A DNA stretch of 64,000 bases from Parachlamydiales bacterium (GTDB lineage Bacteria > Chlamydiota > Chlamydiia > Chlamydiales > JAJFMK01): positions 32,001 to 96,000 of the forward strand of contig CAVXVG010000020.1 in NCBI GenBank assembly GCA_963765145.1. Direction: 5' to 3'. Shown in pieces: positions 1 to 9,321 of the stretch. Below the pieces are notes generated by a model. It saw nothing but the letters and a program-made list of their open reading frames with translations. It was not told the DNA's origin and searched no databases. Positions within the stretch are counted from its first letter, which is position 1; every line of letters starts with the position of its first letter. Made by a program: the position numbers and the translations under genes.

Positions 1-459
1 GAAGGAAAAGGGCAGCTTTTCTTACATGACATTAGACAAAAAAGTTTAGCTGAAGCCAAAGAACGGTTGGCCCGAGCAGGTGTTCAGAATTATCAATTTT
101 TAAATAAAAAACACAAAAAAGGGATCGATTGGGTTTTGGTGGATGCTCCCTGCAGCGGGACAGGCACTTTGAGAAGAAGCCCTGAGATGAAATGGAAATT
201 GACAGAGCAATCTATCAAAAATTTTGTTCAGTTACAAAGAGAAGTGATTGCTGAGGCCATTGAGTTTACAAAACCGGGCGGCCATTTTGTTTATGCCACC
301 TGCAGCCTTTTGCCCGAAGAGAATGAAGAGCAAGTGGAACACATACTAGCTACTTATCCGGTAAAGCTTGTTTCTCAATTAAAGATATTACCCGAAGAAG
401 ACGGCCCCGACGGCTTTTTCCTGGCGCATTTCGCAACAACGCTAACATCCAAAAAGTAA
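1..459 (+). CDS. RsmB/NOP (Sun-family) RNA m5C methyltransferase, 3' part (starts before window)
   Basis: Frame open from base 1; motifs VLVDAPCSGTG and VYATCSLLPEENE. Confidence 0.9.
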   Translation, partial: EGKGQLFLHDIRQKSLAEAKERLARAGVQNYQFLNKKHKKGIDWVLVDAPCSGTGTLRRSPEMKWKLTEQSIKNFVQLQREVIAEAIEFTKPGGHFVYATCSLLPEENEEQVEHILATYPVKLVSQLKILPEEDGPDGFFLAHFATTLTSKK

Positions 460-462
460 AAA

Positions 463-590
463 AACAGGGTGAACAGGATAAGCTTTGCCTAGTTCGATTC
501 TTAAGCGGTAAAAACAAGAAAAAAGAGGGCTTCGCCTAAATGTCATTGATTACAGGCGAAGCTTACCCTGTTCATCCTGTTCACCCTGTT
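463..590. repeat. Palindromic intergenic element with 9-bp ACAGG(A/G)TGA units in its arms, copy 1
   Basis: Left arm aacagggtgaacaggataagctttgcct; right arm aggcgaagcttaccctgttcatcctgttcaccctgtt; related copy at 8960-9250. Confidence 0.85.
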
Positions 591-669
591 ATTTTTTTAT
601 TTTAACCCAAGTGTCTTTTTAGCAACCCACTTCCATCTGACGTTGAAATAAGGTAAGATCTTAGGCTGT

Positions 670-1704
670 ATGAAATATTCTATCCTATTTTCTTTCCTAT
701 TAACATGTGCCACATTGAGCGCAGAGCTTCCCTATAAAGAGGGAGAGTTTGAAATTTTGGTCCAAAACCGCGTGATGGCGCAGGTCAACGGCAAGCCTAT
801 CACTGCTTTAGATGTGATCAAAAGGATGGATTTTCTTTTTTACCGGCAATTTCCCGAGTACATGTCCTCTCAATCGGCCCGGTATCAATATTATGAAATG
901 AATTTTGAGCCCATCCTTCAAGAATTGATTGATAGAGAGCTGATGCGTGCCGATGCAGCTGAAATGAAGGTGGAAATTTTGCCAAGTGATGTGCGTCAAG
1001 AGCTTGAGACTACCTTTGGCCCTGATATCATCAGTAACTTGGATAAAATCGGTCTTCGCTTAGAAGAAGCGATGACGATGTTAAAAGATGAACTTTTAAT
1101 ACGCCGTGTGACGATGTACAAAGTTAATGGAAAGGCCTTCCGAAATGTAGGGCCGATGGAAATTAAAAAAGCCTACGAAGAGTGGTTGACAACCCATACA
1201 GAGCCTCAAAAATGGCGCTATCGGTTGTTTACCTTGCGTGGCCCAAGCGAAGAGGAGGGGAAAAAGGCTGCCGCTCTTGTGCGTGAAGCAATACTTACCG
1301 GACTTGACCCTGAAACAGTGAGAAAAGAGGTTATCCAAGAAGGATTGATTTCTCCGAACATCACCATGACATTATCAGAAGTCTATACTCAGCCGCAGGA
1401 AGAGGTTCCAGACCTTTTATTGCCGGTTTTGTCAAAAATGGACGGGCCTGGAGTCTCTGAAATTTTCTCGCAGCTTAGCCGAAAAACAGGAGAAGTTGCT
1501 GTCCGTCTGATTGTATTGGAAGATAAACTCTCTTCATTAAATCCCCCTCTGCGGGATGTTGAAGATCGGCTAAAAAACGATCTTTTACAGCGCGGTGCCA
1601 TGGCTGAATCGCAAAAATATCTCTCTTCTCTGCGTGATCAGTACCACGTTTCTACAGAATCAAGAGGGTTGACGGGACTGCCTTTTATGCCCATTCCAAA
1701 ATAA
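670..1704 (+). CDS. SurA N-terminal-domain periplasmic chaperone-like protein
   Basis: Signal peptide; NRVMAQVNGKPIT and ILQELIDRELM resemble SurA_N; lies next to rsmA. Confidence 0.7.
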   Translation: MKYSILFSFLLTCATLSAELPYKEGEFEILVQNRVMAQVNGKPITALDVIKRMDFLFYRQFPEYMSSQSARYQYYEMNFEPILQELIDRELMRADAAEMKVEILPSDVRQELETTFGPDIISNLDKIGLRLEEAMTMLKDELLIRRVTMYKVNGKAFRNVGPMEIKKAYEEWLTTHTEPQKWRYRLFTLRGPSEEEGKKAAALVREAILTGLDPETVRKEVIQEGLISPNITMTLSEVYTQPQEEVPDLLLPVLSKMDGPGVSEIFSQLSRKTGEVAVRLIVLEDKLSSLNPPLRDVEDRLKNDLLQRGAMAESQKYLSSLRDQYHVSTESRGLTGLPFMPIPK

Positions 1705-1705
1705 A

Positions 1706-2449
1706 TTGAAGCTAAAGAAATCCCTCTCCCAAAATTTTTTAATTAACCCGCATCTGGCAAATAAATTGTTAGACGCGGGTCATTTTCATTCTGGCGATCT
1801 TGTTCTAGAAATTGGGCCGGGAGGTGGCGCACTGACCCTTCCATTGGTTGAAAAAGGTGTTCAGCTCACTGCCATTGAGATTAGCTTGCCTCACGCAGAG
1901 GAGCTTAAAACAACGCTAGGAGATAAGGCTAGAGTCATCCACGAAGATGCCCTGAAAGTAGATTTAAAAACGCTTTATCCTATCGAAAAGAATATCTCAC
2001 TTGTTTCCAGTGTCCCTTACAACATCACCTCTTTGCTTTTTGAACATCTTTTTTCGTTTCAATCCCTATTTAAGCAGTATCTGGTGATTGTTCAAAAAGA
2101 GGTGGGGGACGTGTTGTTGGCAAAACCTGAAAGCGAAAATTATGGGATCTTATCGATCATGGTTCAGCGGTTCACGGTTCCAAAAAAGCTTTTTGTTATT
2201 GCCAAAGGTAATTTTCGCCCGATGCCGAATGTCGATTCAATGGCTTTGCATCTTGAAACAAAACCTGGTCTTCAGGATGATGCAAAAGCCTTTTACTTTT
2301 TTTTGAAACAGATCTTTTCTTTAAGACGAAAGACGTTAGAGAATGCCTTTAGAATCCTCGGGTTTCCCCCTATCGAAGACAAGCGTCGTGCCGAAATGTT
2401 ATCCGCCGACGAACTCCACACCTACTTCGCAAAGTGTATGGAACCTTAA
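1706..2449 (+). CDS. rsmA: 16S rRNA m6,2A dimethyltransferase RsmA/KsgA
   Basis: KKSLSQNFL, VLEIGPGGGALT, VPYNITS, RRKTLEN motifs. Confidence 0.95.
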   Translation: MKLKKSLSQNFLINPHLANKLLDAGHFHSGDLVLEIGPGGGALTLPLVEKGVQLTAIEISLPHAEELKTTLGDKARVIHEDALKVDLKTLYPIEKNISLVSSVPYNITSLLFEHLFSFQSLFKQYLVIVQKEVGDVLLAKPESENYGILSIMVQRFTVPKKLFVIAKGNFRPMPNVDSMALHLETKPGLQDDAKAFYFFLKQIFSLRRKTLENAFRILGFPPIEDKRRAEMLSADELHTYFAKCMEP

Positions 2450-2518
2450 AGCTAGTAAGCGCTTAGTTTCACAACGCGTGTTGCATAAATTAACCAATGC
2501 GAAGAGAATTTTTTCCTA

Positions 2519-2613
2519 CGCAACGCGTTTGGAGTGCTCCTGAGCCCGTTTAGCTTTTACTTTCACTGATAAGTCAAAGCTAAACAGGAGTTTAGCACTC
2601 CAAACGCTTCGCG
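2519..2613. repeat. REP-like nested inverted repeat between convergent genes
   Basis: gcgtttggagtgct (2525-2538) / agcactccaaacgc (2594-2607) enclosing gtttagcttt / aaagctaaac. Confidence 0.75.
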
Positions 2614-3668
2614 ATGTAGCTGATAGAGTAATCGATGAGGTTTTGCAGCCGGCTGTTTGGGCCGCTTTTTAGCTCGTGGTTGGCTTTGCGGACAAAATAG
2701 AGAAGCTTAGTCACATCGGCCAGATCCCTTGCAGGCTTTGGTGAAAGACTACCTCCCATCAATCGCTCATATTCTGTTCTAAAAAGCGTTTCTAACTCAC
2801 GAACCTCCTCAGTCGATAACCCATGACGAAAGGCTTCGTTGATCAAGCTGCACCAGGTCCAACTGAAATCGTAAGGGGCAAAACCGATCGGCTGGTTGTT
2901 GGTGTCCACACTGACGACAAAAGAGGAGGTATCTATCCATGTGAATCGGCCTGACTTTTCATCAAAAAATAGATGTTCCAAAGCGCAGTCCCCATGAGAA
3001 TAAGATGAGTTTCCCCATTGATTCATCAAAGCAATGTTCATTTTTTTAAAAAGCGAATCTAGCCCTTCTTTCGATATTCCAATTCGATCGGTTTGCGTAA
3101 TCTCTTCTTCAATCCTTTGAATGATCAAATAAAACAGGGTGAAATTATAGTCTTGGACCTCTTTTAAAAGAGGTTTTGCCAAGTGCCGGTCTTTTAAGTG
3201 AAGTTCGGCAAGCCCTTTGGCTGTTTGTAGAAGCGCTTTTTTAAAATAAGGCTCTTGTAAAAGTTCCGATAATGCTTTTCCTTTTGCGGCTGCTTGAACA
3301 AAAGCAGTTTCTGTCGATGTTCTGCCGACCAAAATGAGATCTGTGAGATGGCTTTCTTTCAGATGTAAGTTTTCAAGGAGTTGTCTTGATACCAACTCTC
3401 TGGCTAGTTCTCGAGCACTTCCTCTTTTAGACACGTAGGTTAATTGTTGATCGACAAAACAACCTTCGGTTTTCGAACCCGATTGCCCCGGCAACTGTTG
3501 CCATACGACATTTTTTAGCCCCAAATCATTTTCCTGAAGAGCAAGTAAGGAAACAAACTGTTCTTCGAGCTGTTTTGTCCTTTCCTCATCTAATGGAGCC
3601 ACAGAGACTAAATTTTTGTTTAATGAATCAACAACCTCTTTGGCAGCTTTGAGAAGTCGTTTATCCAT
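2592..3668 (-). CDS. APH/choline-kinase-like phosphotransferase
   Basis: LAELH, Brenner-like SHGDCALEHLFF, TWIDTS, PYDF motifs. Confidence 0.7.
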   Translation of the reverse strand: MDKRLLKAAKEVVDSLNKNLVSVAPLDEERTKQLEEQFVSLLALQENDLGLKNVVWQQLPGQSGSKTEGCFVDQQLTYVSKRGSARELARELVSRQLLENLHLKESHLTDLILVGRTSTETAFVQAAAKGKALSELLQEPYFKKALLQTAKGLAELHLKDRHLAKPLLKEVQDYNFTLFYLIIQRIEEEITQTDRIGISKEGLDSLFKKMNIALMNQWGNSSYSHGDCALEHLFFDEKSGRFTWIDTSSFVVSVDTNNQPIGFAPYDFSWTWCSLINEAFRHGLSTEEVRELETLFRTEYERLMGGSLSPKPARDLADVTKLLYFVRKANHELKSGPNSRLQNLIDYSISYIAKRLEC

Positions 3669-3702
3669 AACGGGAGTTTAATTTAAATGGTTTTTCTAAC
3701 GA

Positions 3703-3808
3703 TGTAGCTTAGACTTTAGTCTGAGCTTGTTTTTGCAGGTTTTAACCTGCAACTATTGCCACGGGTTAAAACCCGTGATAACGAGCTCAGGCTAAAGCCT
3801 AAGCTACA
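3703..3808. repeat. GTAG-type REP doublet (BIME-like) with internal palindromes
   Basis: tgtagcttagactttagtctgag ... ctcaggctaaagcctaagctaca; inner gcaggttttaacctgc and cacgggttaaaacccgtg; half copy at 49393-49444. Confidence 0.85.
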
Positions 3809-3853
3809 GTGTTGATAATTAGTTATTTGTCCATCGAACTCACGTTGTCCATA

Positions 3854-5014
3854 TTATTTCTTTCTCCAGAGGAAATAGGAGAATGGAACAAGAAGGAAGG
3901 AGAGATAAGCCCAAGAAGCAGTAGACTTTTTTTCCTCTTCCCAACCCTCTACGTGAGCATAGACCTCTTCTCTGCGGTTCCCCTGCCCATCGATGATGCT
4001 ATATTTTCCGCTATTTTCTGACACCCACTCGAAGGTGAGCTCATAGCTTTCGTTTTCCGAAGGGTAACTATAGAAATAAAGAGGATCAAATGTGGTGAGA
4101 AGCCCTTTTTTACCCGATGGGTGGTCGATGGGCAGTACTTGTTTTCCAGGCTTCAATACCTCAACTTTTGTTGCAGGTTCGTTAAAGGCGGCCTCAAACA
4201 GGGCAATCGCCTCTTCAAAGCGGGTTTTTGCACTAGATGCGCCAAGAAGGACTGCAATCAACCGTCTCCCATCCTTTTCTGCAGCTGCTACAAGATTGAA
4301 CCCGCAAGCGGTGAACCATCCTGTTTTTACACCAATGGCGTAAGGATAAAAGTATTTACCTGGTCTTAGCAGCTTATTGGTCTGACTATATTTTGCCGAC
4401 TCTTGCATATTGGTTTTAGGTCGGATGAAATCTTTGGCTCTAACAAAAGCGCAAAAGTAAGCATTTTTTAATGCCACCCTCGTCATCTGAGCCAAGTCAT
4501 AGGCCGTGCTTTTTTGTGTGGGGTAGTAAAGACCGTGAGGATTATCTAGGTGAGTTTCGTTACAGCCAATTTTTTTTAGATAAAGATTCAGCTCTTCCAT
4601 AAATTTTGGTATGGAGCCTGAAATTGTTTCTGCGATGAGGTTAGAAGCATCGTCTGCCGAGGCAATCATCATGCCGTTGAATAGGTCGCGCAGTGTTAAC
4701 ACCTCCCCGGCCTTAATGCCCATGTGACAGGCGGCCTTTTCTAAACGCCAAGGGGGCTCGGCATATCCTTTCTTAAGACGTTCTTTTTCAGAGATGATAC
4801 CTATACAGTCCTGATTTCCAACGACTAACTGGTCTAAGTTCGGCCGTTTGGTCAGTGCGTAAAGACAGGTGGCGATTTTAGTCGTGCTGGCCGGATCGAG
4901 CGATTTATGAGGCTCTTTTTGGTACAAAATAGCCCCAGATTCGGCATTTATCAAGATAACAGATTCAGATTCAAGCTGTAAGGAGAGGGCGAGGAGTAGC
5001 GTCAGTAACATCAT
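3854..5014 (-). CDS. dacC: D-alanyl-D-alanine carboxypeptidase (peptidase S11)
   Basis: PASTTK (SxxK), SADDA, NPHGL, KTG motifs; C-terminal TM anchor. Confidence 0.9.
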   Translation of the reverse strand: MMLLTLLLALSLQLESESVILINAESGAILYQKEPHKSLDPASTTKIATCLYALTKRPNLDQLVVGNQDCIGIISEKERLKKGYAEPPWRLEKAACHMGIKAGEVLTLRDLFNGMMIASADDASNLIAETISGSIPKFMEELNLYLKKIGCNETHLDNPHGLYYPTQKSTAYDLAQMTRVALKNAYFCAFVRAKDFIRPKTNMQESAKYSQTNKLLRPGKYFYPYAIGVKTGWFTACGFNLVAAAEKDGRRLIAVLLGASSAKTRFEEAIALFEAAFNEPATKVEVLKPGKQVLPIDHPSGKKGLLTTFDPLYFYSYPSENESYELTFEWVSENSGKYSIIDGQGNRREEVYAHVEGWEEEKKSTASWAYLSFLLVPFSYFLWRKK

Positions 5015-5062
5015 AACCCCCGATTTTATCTGTTTGGCACGCTAGATGCACCCTATTTTAAT

Positions 5063-5461
5063 ATGGATATTGATGATCGTTATGTCAGAAGTGAAGCTAG
5101 GTTCAAAGAGATACTAGCTCTGTTGCAACGGGGTTCATCCGATTTGTGGGTGGAGCTAGACCTCAACTTACTAGAGGAAATAGGCGTTCTTGCCGATTTT
5201 GAAGAAGAAATCGCCTTCCCTCCGGCACCTTTTGAACTTTTTGTTGGCGAAGATAAAATTACACTTTTATCTCCCGATTTAATCGCTTGGCTCATTCCAC
5301 TAGTTGAAGAGGGTGAACGGGTTACGTATGTGATCTTATCAAGTAGCTTGCAAGAATCTCCCCATCTCTATCAAACTATCCGAGCGCGTGGTGTTTATAA
5401 TACTTCACGCATGCTGATGCGAACTATTGGCAAGTGGAAACACCAGATACTTAACTCTTAG
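5063..5461 (+). CDS. Hypothetical protein, likely conserved in Chlamydiae
   Basis: 132-aa ORF divergent from dacC; GVYNTSRMLMR C-terminus. Confidence 0.65.
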   Translation: MDIDDRYVRSEARFKEILALLQRGSSDLWVELDLNLLEEIGVLADFEEEIAFPPAPFELFVGEDKITLLSPDLIAWLIPLVEEGERVTYVILSSSLQESPHLYQTIRARGVYNTSRMLMRTIGKWKHQILNS

Positions 5462-5469
5462 GAGGCACT

Positions 5470-5622
5470 ATGAATACAACAAAAAAAGAAGTAAAGGTTA
5501 ATACTCAGGCTAATAAGAAGATTATGAGAGAGGAAGGAAGCGAAGAGATGCCAACATTGGCCCTAAAAAAACGCATCCCCACAGCCTTCAAAGTAAGACA
5601 ATCCCTCCAAAAAAAGAAATAA
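5470..5622 (+). CDS. Small basic protein (50 aa), not in ORF track
   Basis: GGAGG RBS before ATG; MNTTKKEVKVNTQANKKIMREEGSEEMPTLALKKRIPTAFKVRQSLQKKK. Confidence 0.55.
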   Translation: MNTTKKEVKVNTQANKKIMREEGSEEMPTLALKKRIPTAFKVRQSLQKKK

Positions 5623-5662
5623 GAGAGAGGGAGTGGGCGCTTGAGGTCCCAGCGCCTACTCC

Positions 5663-6199
5663 TTATATCTGATCGAGCATGTCGACAATCTTCTTGGCGA
5701 GCTTCCGCGATAAAACGGGGTAAATGCTGTCGCGGGCGTCGAAATAGTCGGTGACTTGGCCCAGGGAAAAGACGTTGACTGCGCCGTGACTTGTGTACCA
5801 GTCGTGGTCGTAGGTGACGCCGGCAGAAATGCAGACAGGGCCAAAATAACGGCAATTGCTGTAAGAATCAATAAGCGTAATTTGAGCAAGGAGGCTGGTT
5901 CGGGTCTCACAAGGGATGACCGTATTGATCAGTTCGCCGCTGCTATTTCGGTCATATCGAAAGCCCACATTCTCATCTTTCTTTTCCAGAAAAACAACTT
6001 CCAATGTGTAGCGGCCGCATTTAGAGGGAGAAAAATTGGCCGATTGAGACAACTCTCGGATGATGGAACGGGTCAGTTCCCCTCCTCGGTCTTTTTCGAT
6101 GAAAGGGACTGTCACTGTGTAGCGAGCGGCTGTGCTGTCCACAAGGGTATAGCCACAGCCGGCAAGAAGAAGGAGTAAAAGTAATACCCCTTTTTTCAC
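5663..6199 (-). CDS. LptE-like LPS assembly lipoprotein
   Basis: Lipobox LAGC-GY; size and C-terminal LAKKIV helix fit LptE; follows a BamD-like gene. Confidence 0.7.
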   Translation of the reverse strand: MKKGVLLLLLLLAGCGYTLVDSTAARYTVTVPFIEKDRGGELTRSIIRELSQSANFSPSKCGRYTLEVVFLEKKDENVGFRYDRNSSGELINTVIPCETRTSLLAQITLIDSYSNCRYFGPVCISAGVTYDHDWYTSHGAVNVFSLGQVTDYFDARDSIYPVLSRKLAKKIVDMLDQI

Positions 6200-7167
6200 T
6201 GTTGAGTCGTCTCTTCGGGGGTCGAGGCGATCAGCTCTTTTTCAAGTCTTTTTAGTCTCAATTCAGAAAGGGCTGCCACTTTTGTTTCTGGGAAATGGTG
6301 GATCGCATTTTTGTAATAAATTTCTGCGGAGCGAGGTTCCCCTTTCCGTTCGTACAACATCCCGGCTTCTAAAAGAGCCTCGGCATAACGCTCTTCGACT
6401 TTCTGAACTCCGTTTCGTACCATTTCAATACGCTCATCGTTTGGAAAATCAGATTCAAAACGTTTTACATTCACCCGGGCCATGCCCAAAATATCGGGGT
6501 TTTGAATCTCAATCGCGGCTTGAACCAAGAAAACTTCATTACTTTCTACATAAGCTTCTGCAGCCAAAGCGTCGTGAGGGAATCTGCGAATGAGGTTATA
6601 GAAAGCATCGACTGATTCTTTCCATTGTCCCATTTTCTTTAGTAGTAAACCTTTTGCATAGAGCGATTTGGCCGCAATGGGGTCAGAGGGGAGGATGGTG
6701 GAGATTTCGTCATAAATTTCCAGCGATAAGGTTTCTCCTCCTAACCATTTTGGGAGATATCGGACGCCAAAGATCGGCTTTCCGGTCCCTTCCCGAAATT
6801 TTTCAGCGATTTGAAATTTATCTTGGATCGCCTCTTTAAAATAAGTTGGCGCTCCTTGCGAACGGAGATAGAGAGAAAGTTTCTCGTTAGCAGCTTCAAG
6901 TTCTTGAAGCCGGATCAAACATTTTGCAGAACGGAAAATACTTTCAGAGGCAAGAGGTGAGCGAGGGTAGTTATCCCATATAGCTTCAAATGAAAGGAGT
7001 GCGCTGTTGTAGTCCCCTTTTTTCCAAGCATCTTTAGCGAGTTGAAATTCAACTTCCGCACTTTTCAACTCCCTATAGTGAAGGTTTGGTCCATCAAAGA
7101 GGAATTCTCCTTGCAATGAGGTAAAAATCAAGAGGAAAGAGAAAAGGGAAAAAGTGTAATATTTCAT
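6196..7167 (-). CDS. BamD-like TPR outer-membrane assembly protein
   Basis: TPR repeats with YPRSPLA, FPHDALA, FPETKVA; probable start MKYYTF at 7167. Confidence 0.75.
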   Translation of the reverse strand: MKYYTFSLFSFLLIFTSLQGEFLFDGPNLHYRELKSAEVEFQLAKDAWKKGDYNSALLSFEAIWDNYPRSPLASESIFRSAKCLIRLQELEAANEKLSLYLRSQGAPTYFKEAIQDKFQIAEKFREGTGKPIFGVRYLPKWLGGETLSLEIYDEISTILPSDPIAAKSLYAKGLLLKKMGQWKESVDAFYNLIRRFPHDALAAEAYVESNEVFLVQAAIEIQNPDILGMARVNVKRFESDFPNDERIEMVRNGVQKVEERYAEALLEAGMLYERKGEPRSAEIYYKNAIHHFPETKVAALSELRLKRLEKELIASTPEETTQQ

Positions 7168-7220
7168 ATAGTGGGACTTTCGTAAAAAACGCTTCCTAGT
7201 GTAGAGCATGAATTTCGAAG

Positions 7221-8927
7221 GTGTCAAACGGATTACGTACTTTGTTAAAGAAATTTTTCCTTTTTGTATCTAGTTTTTTCATTGTAGCGATGGGCCAGCC
7301 TGCCCATCTTCCTTTTCTGGGGCTACTTGCAGCGATGTTTGGTTTTGCCTTGATCTTTCGCTTTCTATTCGATATTCATAATGTAAAAAAACGATTTTAC
7401 TGGGGAACGGCTTGGTTTTTTCTGGTGCAATTGTTTCAACTCTATTGGTCAACCTCCCATCCGTATGCCTATATCTATCCTGTATGGGTGATTTGCTCTG
7501 CTATTTTTGGCGCCCAATTTGGATTGATGGCCATCTTTTTAACGAGGCAAAGAATCCAAAGCTTGGCGGGCATTGTTTTTTTCCCGGCTTTTTGGGTTAT
7601 CATGGAATGGCTTCGCCTTTTCCTCTTTTCCGGCATTTCCTGGAATCCAGTTGGCCTTGCATTGACAACCTATATTGTTCCGTTTCAAGCAGGTTCAATC
7701 TTGGGGCTATATGGATTGTCATTTTTGGTGATTTTAACCAACATTTTGGCCTGTAGGTGGATGATCAGTAAGCATCGCAGCACAGTGATCCCTTTTCTTG
7801 CTGCCGCCTGTTTCCCCTATCTGTTTGGCCTTGGCCATTTAGCGATTCACTACCCCAAAATTCAACAAGATATTGAGGAAGGGCGTGTTGTCGATGTTCT
7901 TCTAGTTCAAACTGGGTTTCCTGTTGAAGATGTGATGGAGTTGCATAGTCCGCAGACCAGGCTTCTCTACACCTATGGGAAATGGAAAGAGATTCTATCC
8001 ATTCTTTCTCGCCATCAACACCGAGATGGTGTCGATATGATCATTTTTCCAGAGTATGTTGTCCCTTTTGGCACCTATTATCCGATCTATCCTCTTGAAA
8101 GTGTCAGACAAGAATTTAGAGCCGCTTTTGGGGAAAAAGGGATTAAAGCGCTTCCCGAAATGGAGGAACATTTAGCCGTTGCCACTGAGGTTGGAAACGG
8201 GAAAAAGTTGTGGATGGTCAATAATGCGTTCTGGATGCAAGGGATATCTAACCTCTTTAATGCCGAAATAGTTGCAGGCCTAGAAGATACCGATTACATC
8301 TCTGAAAATCACAACCACCGTTTTTGCAGTGCAATGGTCTTTTTCCCAAATGGAGCGGCGATTGAAAGATATTCAAAAAGAGTGTTGGTTCCTCTTGGAG
8401 AATATATCCCTTTCGAATTTTTAAGAAAAATCGCACTCAATTATCAGGTCTCCGGTTCCTATACCCCTGGATCAAAAGCTAAAGTCATTGCCGGACGGGC
8501 CGGAAACTACGGTCTTTCGATCTGTTATGAGGAAACCTACGGAAATATCATGCGGGACAACCGCCTTGAAGGGGCTGAAATGTTGGTCAATGTGACCAAC
8601 GATTTTTGGTATCCCCGTTCCCTTTTAACTAAGCAACATTTTGACCATGCTAGAGTTCGCGCCATAGAAATGGGTATCCCTTTGGTCAGATCGGCCAATA
8701 CAGGCATCACCTCTGCTGTCGACAGCCTAGGTCAAATCTTGGCCGTTCTTGGAGAAGATGAGGATAGGGAGAGTTTGGCAGATGCCCTGTTTGTCACCGT
8801 TCCTCGTTATCATTACCGAACGTTGTACACCTATCTTGGCGATTTTCCTTTGATCCTTTTTTCGGGGCTTTTTGTCTCAACCTCCCTCGCAGTCAGCCGA
8901 AAGAAAAAAATCCCCTCCATCATCTAA
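7221..8927 (+). CDS. lnt: Apolipoprotein N-acyltransferase
   Basis: TM N-domain; FPE, KRVLVPLGEY, ICYE, NDFWY, RSANTGITS. Confidence 0.95.
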   Translation: MSNGLRTLLKKFFLFVSSFFIVAMGQPAHLPFLGLLAAMFGFALIFRFLFDIHNVKKRFYWGTAWFFLVQLFQLYWSTSHPYAYIYPVWVICSAIFGAQFGLMAIFLTRQRIQSLAGIVFFPAFWVIMEWLRLFLFSGISWNPVGLALTTYIVPFQAGSILGLYGLSFLVILTNILACRWMISKHRSTVIPFLAAACFPYLFGLGHLAIHYPKIQQDIEEGRVVDVLLVQTGFPVEDVMELHSPQTRLLYTYGKWKEILSILSRHQHRDGVDMIIFPEYVVPFGTYYPIYPLESVRQEFRAAFGEKGIKALPEMEEHLAVATEVGNGKKLWMVNNAFWMQGISNLFNAEIVAGLEDTDYISENHNHRFCSAMVFFPNGAAIERYSKRVLVPLGEYIPFEFLRKIALNYQVSGSYTPGSKAKVIAGRAGNYGLSICYEETYGNIMRDNRLEGAEMLVNVTNDFWYPRSLLTKQHFDHARVRAIEMGIPLVRSANTGITSAVDSLGQILAVLGEDEDRESLADALFVTVPRYHYRTLYTYLGDFPLILFSGLFVSTSLAVSRKKKIPSII

Positions 8928-8959
8928 TTCTAGATCTCAATAGGCTCCAAGCATTTTTC

Positions 8960-9250
8960 TAGGCAAAAGCATCCAGAAAAAATAACAGGGTGAACAGGAT
9001 GAACAGGATATGCTCCGCCTAGCTTTACTCTGAGTGGTAAATAAAACAGCAAAAGAAGATTTCGCCACAGTGAACCATTTTACTAGCAAAGCCTTCTTTT
9101 CCCTTATTCTTACAAATAGAGTTTTTTTTAGTAGGCGGAGCTTATCCTGTTCATCCTGTTCACCCTGTTATTTTTATCTTTTAATCAAAAAACCTTAGGT
9201 TGATGCGAATGCCTGTTCATCCTGTTATTTTTATTGGATGCTTTTGCCTA
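8960..9250. repeat. Palindromic 9-bp-unit element, copy 2, with a second outer arm
   Basis: aataacagggtgaacaggatgaacaggatatgctccgccta pairs with 9132-9172; taggcaaaagcatcca...aataacagg pairs with 9212-9250. Confidence 0.85.
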
Positions 9251-9321
9251 ATTGAGGCTTATGCGAATTTCACCTGTTTGATGGTAATTTATGGCAAAAC
9301 ACAGTAAAATTTCTTCGACTT

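Noticed and set aside
2456..2470. 15-bp taagcgcttagtttc also present at 31417-31431
   Set aside because: Short, only two copies and no further shared context; may be chance.
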